From: Acidobacteriaceae bacterium
Lineage (GTDB): Bacteria > Acidobacteriota > Terriglobia > Terriglobales > Acidobacteriaceae
Assembly (NCBI GenBank): GCA_036267335.1
Contig: DATAWF010000175.1
Span: 1 to 61,172 of the forward strand
Length of the DNA stretch: 61,172 bases
Direction: 5' to 3'
Part shown: positions 29,001-35,425 of the stretch, piece after piece
Numbering within the stretch: the stretch's first letter is position 1
How the letters are laid out: each line of letters begins with the position of its first letter
Program-made: the position numbers and the translations under genes
Notes under the pieces: generated by a model
Told to the model about the DNA's origin: nothing
What the model saw: the letters and a program-made list of their open reading frames with translations, nothing else
Database searches by the model: none

Positions 29001-29612
29001 GCGAGCCTCGACCATGTGCGCCGACTCGGCCGCGCGGGCGTCGGTGTGCACTCGAACGTTGCTGAAATCCCGTCCGAAGCGTGGCTCCACAAAGGCTCGC
29101 GTCGCGGCGTCCAGCGGCTGCCCCGGAGTGCGAAGAACATCATGGACCAGCGGCGGCGCGTGCATCTGCGGCGCGTTTGGGCCAGCCTTGCGCTGGAGAG
29201 CTTCCTCTTTCTCATCAGCTTGCTTTGCCGCGCAGGCGGCACAGGGCGTGCCGTGCTCTTCGCAACTGCACATGCGCTGCACGGCAAGCGGGGAGCGGCC
29301 ATGTGCGATGGCGCGAGAGCCCTCGCGCACGATACTATCCGCAATGCGATCGGCCTCCATCTCGAGTGGATCGGAGACCGAGCCGACCGCCAGCTTTCGC
29401 TGCAGCCGCAGGCCATGGGGAAGGGAACTGCGATCGGGCCATCCCTGCGGGTCGATGGCGATCAGGCCGGCATGGGAGGGCAGGGCGCCCGTCGCCGTGT
29501 TTTGCCGGGCGCTTTTCTCCGCCGCCGGGATTCTCGATTGCCGGCGCGCAGGCTTCGCCGCCCGCTTTGCGGGGCGGACCGCCGTGACCGGACCTGGAGA
29601 AGACTCTGCCAT
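26055..29612 (-). CDS. Large multidomain DUF4157-type protein, putative eCIS cargo/effector
   Basis: LQRKLAVGSVSDPLEMEADRIADSIV ... RFGRDFSNVRVHTDARAAESAHMVEARAYTVGSHLVF...HLLAHELAHVLQQ is the zincin-like DUF4157 pattern. I moved the start to aa 79 of the ORF (MAESSPG), 1 nt after the upstream stop. It is the last gene of the CIS operon. Confidence 0.8.
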   Translation of the reverse strand: MAESSPGPVTAVRPAKRAAKPARRQSRIPAAEKSARQNTATGALPSHAGLIAIDPQGWPDRSSLPHGLRLQRKLAVGSVSDPLEMEADRIADSIVREGSRAIAHGRSPLAVQRMCSCEEHGTPCAACAAKQADEKEEALQRKAGPNAPQMHAPPLVHDVLRTPGQPLDAATRAFVEPRFGRDFSNVRVHTDARAAESAHMVEARAYTVGSHLVFASGEYRPQTSHGRHLLAHELAHVLQQGKAGRTLRRQAAATYDGSSSIFREAYAKADEARWEEVAALINGLSPAQMNQFLYTFKDDPEKISYIYLGAIGNKGVGPDSQVAIATRYTHLDFNYKKQMRLGNFGWAGEYLNGFNKTDVIRRLNHLSTETIRILHNDAVEKPELGPDSGTAKFTAEVLQQRAAKGDVAAAAPLAGTKEAAKLTGEQKKARCQAGAPDNEMIFPLRLPRGLWRIDVAPITARRDGDSILVSQPVNAVFGNSYFHNEVRTLPVQVFTGGIRLKPDDVVRVRLYDDNNKIVCVTGEQMLKIGEATDTATLVGIIDTALLAAIVFAPAAGAGRAAVTRLAVTGIAAHELGEVAIEGKLVDAGIQDQIDWAGIVFDTIFQLVTLRFGSVLSEAGVTRLLGTEAAQFGRPALKFAVEAAMSGTISGFQSVARLVFDKLRGKAQPMTYAQFIEELAKQFAIGVLFHTVSAAAQEHGGVPSGGKGGSKPRDVVADTTDVDTQPDVESRTGKPQNAPRARTKGAPTEPSAVTQTRQRTRRASTPPDQETNVPGSKAPAKAPKSVDEIPWADDVGMAAIELNRAGAYQEFNRWIAHDPLREVGIYRDPASGEFIVVQGKETSVGLKDVFSDASMRRNWEPIEHYHPGADPLARIASGGDFHAMMHGQITGQSPVGPVSSRIRWLDPQTGAGRVTEIGFRPGDAEPYYMKFQELDGKPVEKTFKTEPWLPGSDYEKFLESRYAAAGTPASGTGSPQPGSARVTHIDFSDEEGTVIEAGPEQNAPKRKPKPSPRSGTPTNPLRNVPAREIDRAVNQIGPAGDPQLLFPWRQRSAAKRQLANDPQLLYGFGQTGKPKPGRVEAAHAAPRSAMRGVPGYDPKEAFTNFLQHDPHYSMDAGWKSEFQAMQARGQSTAPAGEVFEIIKKSIQSSKGLTQSAKDSEIARLQVEMFIELGLDPSDVIPLPYPR

Positions 29613-29613
29613 C

Positions 29614-30528
29614 TCAAATTCCGCGAGCGCAGGCGCTTTGCGCCACGCGTCTGCAATGCCGGTCGAAGGCCGGATCGGTTGCGGCCATCCGTTGTTCCAG
29701 CCGCGAAGTTGTTTCGAAATCCGACTTCGCGTCCCCAAGCAGGTGGGTGAACCCGGCTTGTGCCGACCGCGAAGGCGAGTACGCCTCGCCCCAGTTCGGA
29801 AACAAATAGCGGATGCGCACGCCGCGGTGAGGGGAATCGGGCGCACTGCGGTGATAGTCGATGCATGCGGCCAGCAAATATTGCTCGAGGATCATGTTGA
29901 AGCCGCTCTTTTCCGCCAGTTCGCGCCACGCGCCTGCGTATGCGGGATTCATCGCGAGATCGATGGCGAGATTTGCAAAGTAGCGAAGAAATGTGACGTC
30001 GTTCCCGCCCAGGATTCCGCAGTTCTCTTCGCGAAAGGTTGCGCCGCCGCGTGAGCAAGCCCATTCCCACTCCACCGGCAGCGGGTGGCCATGGCGCGCG
30101 AACAGCGACTCGATCTCTCCCGGTCCGCACCATGCATTCGCCGCGGGGTGCTCTTCCGGGCATTGCGCGAAGACCGGTGCGGCCGTGAGCGAAGAGGGCA
30201 AAGCGCGCCACAAAAACACGTCTGTATCGAGATGCACGAAGGGGCGGTCCTGCAGGCTGTAGGCGACGAGCTTGCCCAGCGCCCACCAGCCGGGATCGGC
30301 ATCGCGCAACCGGTCAAGTTCGGTGCTCACATGGGTGAAGTCGAGTCCCAAATGATCGACGAGGAGAGTCTTGCCCGCGGAATCGGTCACCAGGACCGTC
30401 TCAGGGTAGTGCTCCCGCGCCCGGCTCAGCGAGAGTCCCCACGCCAGCAGGTGGTGGTGCGGCTCCCGCCAGATGCGTCCCTTGTATTCCCGGAATGGCT
30501 TGCTCCAGAATGACCAGACTGCGCGCAT
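29614..30528 (-). CDS. Hypothetical protein with a DxD-type motif (possible GT-A-like glycosyltransferase fold)
   Basis: 304 aa, MRAVWSFWSKPF..., with FVHLDTDVFLW (DxD). Tightly packed between the fibre gene (13-nt gap) and the effector gene (1-nt gap). Confidence 0.5.
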   Translation of the reverse strand: MRAVWSFWSKPFREYKGRIWREPHHHLLAWGLSLSRAREHYPETVLVTDSAGKTLLVDHLGLDFTHVSTELDRLRDADPGWWALGKLVAYSLQDRPFVHLDTDVFLWRALPSSLTAAPVFAQCPEEHPAANAWCGPGEIESLFARHGHPLPVEWEWACSRGGATFREENCGILGGNDVTFLRYFANLAIDLAMNPAYAGAWRELAEKSGFNMILEQYLLAACIDYHRSAPDSPHRGVRIRYLFPNWGEAYSPSRSAQAGFTHLLGDAKSDFETTSRLEQRMAATDPAFDRHCRRVAQSACARGI

Positions 30529-30541
30529 GGTGTTCCTCGGT

Positions 30542-33046
30542 TTACTTCAACGGCGGCGCGGGTACCGCGCCTCCTGTCACCGCAAGCGTGGGCTGCTGGC
30601 TGGCGGGCCGGTTTCCCAGCGCTCCGGAGACCGAGACCACTAGCGTGAAGGTCACGGTGGTGCCGGCGCCCGGTGAGTTGACGATTTGAATCGGAACCGT
30701 AACGGAGGTTTTGCCGGCTGCGACCTGCGCAGTCGAGGCGATGGTTGCGATGGTTGATCCGGTGCTGCTGGTGAGTTGAAGCGAGAGAGAAGTGGCCGAG
30801 CTCGGCGCATAGCTCAGCCCGATGACCGCGTTGATGGCGGTTACGGTGGTCGCCGCGGTTCCCGTTCCCGCTTGCAACCCAGACATGATCCCTTGATACG
30901 TGACGTTCACCGTCACTGCGTTTCCCGAGACCGGCGTCGTGTTGTCGAACAATTCGATTGCGACCGTCGTGACCAGCACCGAGGATGCAAGATAAAACCA
31001 GCCTTGGAAATCGCTGGCCTTGGCGCCAGTGCCGCTCGGCATATCCAGGCCGATGCAGGTGCTGCCGTCCCCGGCGCGGGTGGCGTCGTCGCCGAAGGCG
31101 CCGCCGTCCAGATACAGATTGCCGTTGGCTCCAGCCGCATAGATCGTATCTCCCAGGAGCCGGATGCGAACCCGGGCATATCCCGCGGGATTGCTCGCGC
31201 CGAGCAAAGTATTGAGCACTTCGTAGAGATAGTAGGCGTTGTAGAGTGCAGGTCCTTGGAGCGACGCGGGGGCGAGCCATGTCACCTTGGTTCCCGAAAC
31301 AGTGATGCCGCTTGGGGGATCGAGCGCAACCACCGTCCGGACGAACACATCGGTTCCCCCTTGGGCCCCGATTCCCCCGAAGGCCGGAGACCGCGGCACA
31401 TTGTCGCCGGCAAGCGGGCACTCCAGAGAAACCGCAAAGTTGGCTCCGCTCCACGGCGATGTCGCGGCCTGGTCGAGCGTAAGGAACAAGCCATTCTGCA
31501 ACAGCGCGTCGACCGTCATGATGTCGTCGTTTTGCCAGCTCACGCTCGCCACGTGCAGAGCATCGGCAGTTTGGTCCTGCGCCAGTGCTGTCAGCGGAGG
31601 AAAGAGCAGCCGGCAATCGCTGGTGATGAATTCACCATCGGCATGAAAGCTCGATTGATATTTGTCGCCGCGTTTCCAGCTGATGCAGGCCAGGGGAGCG
31701 TTGTAGATGGGCGTGTACTTGGCCGGTTGAAAGAGGTTGCCGTCGCTGCCGCAGGGCGGCCAGTCGATGGTGCCGCTCGCCGTGCGAGCCACAATGGTCC
31801 AATAGTCGCCGGGCTGATAGCTGCCCTTGCGAAATGTGACCTCGATGCCGTTCTCGAGCGCGATAGGTTTTGAGGAAAGCGCGATGCCTTGCGCGGTGGC
31901 GCCGGAACCGCTCTGGTCCCAGCGGCGCATGCGCGCGTTCTGTCTCGTGTCGATGCCGGTGACGGGAGAGCTCAAAGTCACCTGCAGCGCCCCTGGGCCT
32001 AGCGAGGAGATCTGGTAGAGCTGCCCCGCTTGATTCGGCGTTTCGCCGAAGAGATAGGTGTCATCGGAAAGCTCCACCCATTGTCCGGGCTGGAAGCCGA
32101 GGTTCACATCGGGTCCCAGGCTGCTGGCTGTGACCACGGCTCCGCTGAGCTGCGTGACCGCGGCCACCACCGAGCCGTTCTCTCTCGACCATTTGAGCGT
32201 GGCTGTGTCGAGCGTGCCCGGGCTGTGAATCTCAACCCGGTAAAGTTGATTTTCGAGGCCCTGATATCCAGCCGATGGAACCGGGGAGCATCCGCATTCG
32301 GTGTTTCCCGTGCCGGTATCGGCGCTCATTGACCCGGTGCGGGAAACCAGAGTTTCGCGGTAGAGCGCCTGGCAGCAGCTAGAGAGCTGGGAGGTGGGGT
32401 CGACGTAGTTGCCTGTGCTCGTATCCGCTGGCGCGGAGACCGCGCTCGCTTGGGCGATCGGCCGGACTTTTTCGAGATCCTCTCCCGTGATTGTGTTATC
32501 CGTAGGAGCGGACGGCGTGCTGTTCTCGCTTTCATTGCTGCCGCCGGTGACCTGGCCGATCACGCGCCATACCGTTTGCAGGCGGGCGGTGGTGTCGGCC
32601 TGCCCCAGGGCCGGCTCGCGCAAGCAGCAGTCGTCGAGCGCCGTGACCAGCCGTTCCCAAACCTGGAGCGTGAGCTCGCCGGTAACCTGGCCGCTGCCGT
32701 TTGCCACTGCCGAGAGCAGTTGCAACGCGCTGTAGCTGGGATTAATCAGATAGGGCTGATCGTCATACGAAAGCCGCGCGTCATTCTCTACCAAGAGGCC
32801 TTCGACGTAATAGCGCCCGGTTGCGATGTTGATTCCGGCGCCGGCAATCGAAATCTCGAAACCGGCGTCGCCGATCGGGCCGCCGTAGGCGCCGATCACA
32901 TCGACATTCGTCGTGTCGCGCAGCCAGCCTTCGATGAACGCGCCTTCGTTCCCATCGGAATCGAGCGATGGCCGCCCTTGCTGGTCCAGGACTGCGGTGT
33001 AATTTTTTGCCGGGTTGAACCGAATCCTGCTGAAATCGCCTCTCAT
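30542..33046 (-). CDS. Putative tail fibre / receptor-binding protein (N-terminus of the DUF6519-like type)
   Basis: 834 aa. The N-terminus MRGDFSRIRFNPAKNYTAVLDQQGRPSLDSDGNE is a pattern I associate with CIS-linked DUF6519 proteins. The C-terminal part is T/S/V/A-rich and Ig-like. It sits after the baseplate wedge genes. Confidence 0.55.
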   Translation of the reverse strand: MRGDFSRIRFNPAKNYTAVLDQQGRPSLDSDGNEGAFIEGWLRDTTNVDVIGAYGGPIGDAGFEISIAGAGINIATGRYYVEGLLVENDARLSYDDQPYLINPSYSALQLLSAVANGSGQVTGELTLQVWERLVTALDDCCLREPALGQADTTARLQTVWRVIGQVTGGSNESENSTPSAPTDNTITGEDLEKVRPIAQASAVSAPADTSTGNYVDPTSQLSSCCQALYRETLVSRTGSMSADTGTGNTECGCSPVPSAGYQGLENQLYRVEIHSPGTLDTATLKWSRENGSVVAAVTQLSGAVVTASSLGPDVNLGFQPGQWVELSDDTYLFGETPNQAGQLYQISSLGPGALQVTLSSPVTGIDTRQNARMRRWDQSGSGATAQGIALSSKPIALENGIEVTFRKGSYQPGDYWTIVARTASGTIDWPPCGSDGNLFQPAKYTPIYNAPLACISWKRGDKYQSSFHADGEFITSDCRLLFPPLTALAQDQTADALHVASVSWQNDDIMTVDALLQNGLFLTLDQAATSPWSGANFAVSLECPLAGDNVPRSPAFGGIGAQGGTDVFVRTVVALDPPSGITVSGTKVTWLAPASLQGPALYNAYYLYEVLNTLLGASNPAGYARVRIRLLGDTIYAAGANGNLYLDGGAFGDDATRAGDGSTCIGLDMPSGTGAKASDFQGWFYLASSVLVTTVAIELFDNTTPVSGNAVTVNVTYQGIMSGLQAGTGTAATTVTAINAVIGLSYAPSSATSLSLQLTSSTGSTIATIASTAQVAAGKTSVTVPIQIVNSPGAGTTVTFTLVVSVSGALGNRPASQQPTLAVTGGAVPAPPLK

Positions 33047-33115
33047 CGCTCTTCCTGCCTATCTTCAAATTTCTGGGGTTGCCGGATTGACCCGCCATGG
33101 CGGGCAAACCCTCGC

Positions 33116-35425
33116 CTACAGCAATCCGATACCGATACCGATCGGAGTTTGATCGTGCGAATCTTCGCCAAGGCAGCGGTTTTTCTTTGGCGTCGTGCGC
33201 ATCCCGTACCCATAAGGCTCCATGCCGGGAACCGCCCGGTAGCGTTCGGCCCAGGGGACGAGAAAGACTCCGGCCTCCAGGTTTGCCGGGAGATACTCCG
33301 CGGAGCGGATCTGGATATTTGCAACCGCCTCAGTTTCCTGAATCTGCTGGTAGACGCCCATCTGCGAGCCGTTGTCCGCGCCCGTCCAGATGGCCAGCGG
33401 CACATACCCCGAAAGCAGACAGTAGCCGGGGTCACCGAAGCGGAGCGTGATGAACTGCGGCAGCAGCGCCGGTTCGCTTGCCGCATCGGGCGGCAGGCAT
33501 TCATAACGCCGCGGCACGATCGACTTGCACGGGAGCCAGCAAAAGCGGATGCAGCCGCTCTGCAGTTGATTCGCCCAGACCGGCGCCTTCCATGGATCGC
33601 GCTTGCCTAAACGCGCGTGGAAGATGGTGTTCGAGGCCAGTGGAATCGTTTGTGCCCAGATGCGGCCGATCACCGTCGAGTCTTCGATATGCAACGCCGC
33701 GCCCGCCGATGCCAGATCCGGTCCGGCAAATGCCGGGCAAAATGGCGAGCCCGCGTCGAGGATGCTGTTGAGAATGCGAGCGGAACAGCTTGCCGCAAGA
33801 GCAATGGGTCCGCTGATCGACCGCGTGATCGAGAGACACGATCCGATTGCGGTTCCCCAGAGCGAAGGTTCGCCGGGCGAGGCCGGATTGCCGTCGCCGG
33901 TGAGGGTACGGCCGGGCGTCAGCGTGCAGTCTGCGATCTGAACGCAGATCGCATCGCCGGTAATCGACATCGCGCCCGCCAATAAAATTCCGCTGAACAT
34001 CACCTGCCCCATGGGCGCAGCCTCCCCGCCCGCAAGCGGAGGAGAGGGCAGCCCGTAGATCTCGATCTGGCCATTCAGAGTTACCCGCGAGTGGTTCCAC
34101 TCGGGCGGCGCGCCCTGCTCGCTGACCTTCGCAGCCGCGATCACCAGTTGGCTCTCGGCGGAAATGGCAATCGCATTGGAGCCGGTGAGATCGACCGCCA
34201 GCGAATCGTAATTCGGCAGGACGATCACACCGGCTGAGCCCGCGGGCAGCGCATTCCATGCCGCTACGGCTGAGGCCAGCGTAGGAAATGCCGCTGAGCC
34301 GACGATCGCGTTGAAGATGCCGCTGCCCGCCGGTAAAGCGAGATTGGCCGAGCGGTCGTAGGAGCCGCCGCCGATCTGAGCTGGGGAACCGTAGCTGTAC
34401 GTCACCTGCAAGTCGGCAGGCAGCGCCATGTCCGCAGCAAACTGGATGCGGCCCAGTTCCGGGTCGATCGCGATCTTGCCCGCGGGCACAGTGCAGAGCT
34501 GCCCCGCCGTTTCAACCAGGTTGGCGCAGACGATCTGGCTTGCGTCGACCGCCTCCCCATCGGCGAGGAGCGCGATGCTCGATGGGTAAAACGCTGCGAT
34601 ATTTCGCGCGAAGCGTTCTCGTGTGATCGGCTGCGGAGTGTCGGCCTCCGTCATCAGGCGGGCGAAGGGCGCCGGCGCGGGAGGCGGTTGCTGGAAGAGA
34701 GGAGTCGGTGCTCCCAGCGTGCTGAAGAAATAGCCGCTATTGCCGAGCGCGAAGGCCGGAGCCTCGGCAAGCTGCCAGCTTTGCCAGCGCCACATCCAGA
34801 TCGCGATGTCGGGAACGTTATAGCGGCCCGGGCCGTGCAGCGTGATGTCCAGCGGAGTCGGATCCGGCGCAGCGGGTGCGACTCGATTCCGCGGCGCAAT
34901 CCGGCGCACATCGACGGTGCGGTTCAGCCGCGCGAATGGGCCTTCAATCTCATCCCAGTCCCGGCCGCGGCGAAAGTTGGCGGTGTCTGCATGATGCGCC
35001 CGCACATCGCGAAGGCTCAGGTTGGTGACCAGGTGTTTGAATTCTTCGACCACGATCGTCATCCGCCCTGAGACATCGCGGGTGAGCTGCTCCATTGCGA
35101 GAAGCGTGCCTTTGCGCCGCCGATAGCCGATGGTGTTCGCTACTTCCGCGCGGCTGTCCGGCCCCGTGAGCGCGACCGTGTAGATTGGGTCGAAGCCGAT
35201 GAGGGCGCCGATGTAGGGAATCGCCCAAGGCGCGCAGGTCTCGATGAACTGGTCATCGTAAAGCTGCCATGCATTGTTCCGTACCAGGTCGAGTTGGCTC
35301 TCCAGCACCGCGAAGAAGGCTTGAAGCTGTCCACCCTGCTGCGCGTCGCGGGTGCGAAAGACTGCCGGCAGCAGGTTGTAGAGCCCGCCGGCGGCGTTGC
35401 CCGGGGTGAGGCTCGGCGTGCTCAT
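33116..35425 (-). CDS. Baseplate wedge protein, P2 gpI-like (Afp12/Pvc12 analogue)
   Basis: LYNLLPAVFRTRDAQQGG.LQAFFAVLESQLD...FIETCAPWAIPYIGALIG is the N-terminal pattern of gpI-type tail proteins. ATGA overlap with the upstream gene. I moved the start to aa 33 of the ORF. Confidence 0.7.
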   Translation of the reverse strand: MSTPSLTPGNAAGGLYNLLPAVFRTRDAQQGGQLQAFFAVLESQLDLVRNNAWQLYDDQFIETCAPWAIPYIGALIGFDPIYTVALTGPDSRAEVANTIGYRRRKGTLLAMEQLTRDVSGRMTIVVEEFKHLVTNLSLRDVRAHHADTANFRRGRDWDEIEGPFARLNRTVDVRRIAPRNRVAPAAPDPTPLDITLHGPGRYNVPDIAIWMWRWQSWQLAEAPAFALGNSGYFFSTLGAPTPLFQQPPPAPAPFARLMTEADTPQPITRERFARNIAAFYPSSIALLADGEAVDASQIVCANLVETAGQLCTVPAGKIAIDPELGRIQFAADMALPADLQVTYSYGSPAQIGGGSYDRSANLALPAGSGIFNAIVGSAAFPTLASAVAAWNALPAGSAGVIVLPNYDSLAVDLTGSNAIAISAESQLVIAAAKVSEQGAPPEWNHSRVTLNGQIEIYGLPSPPLAGGEAAPMGQVMFSGILLAGAMSITGDAICVQIADCTLTPGRTLTGDGNPASPGEPSLWGTAIGSCLSITRSISGPIALAASCSARILNSILDAGSPFCPAFAGPDLASAGAALHIEDSTVIGRIWAQTIPLASNTIFHARLGKRDPWKAPVWANQLQSGCIRFCWLPCKSIVPRRYECLPPDAASEPALLPQFITLRFGDPGYCLLSGYVPLAIWTGADNGSQMGVYQQIQETEAVANIQIRSAEYLPANLEAGVFLVPWAERYRAVPGMEPYGYGMRTTPKKNRCLGEDSHDQTPIGIGIGLL

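Noticed and set aside
29613-29846. N-terminal 78 codons of ORF 26055..29846
   Set aside because: They overlap the 3' end of the upstream DxD-protein gene in another frame. The internal ATG at 29612 gives a 1-nt intergenic gap, and the sequence is protein-like only from there on.
30426-31616. 396-aa minus-strand ORF, together with the 365-aa + ORF 30776..31873 and the 386-aa + ORF 32450..33610
   Set aside because: These are alternative frames or antisense over the fibre gene. They have Arg-rich low-complexity translations. The fibre frame is continuous for 834 aa with a conserved N-terminus.
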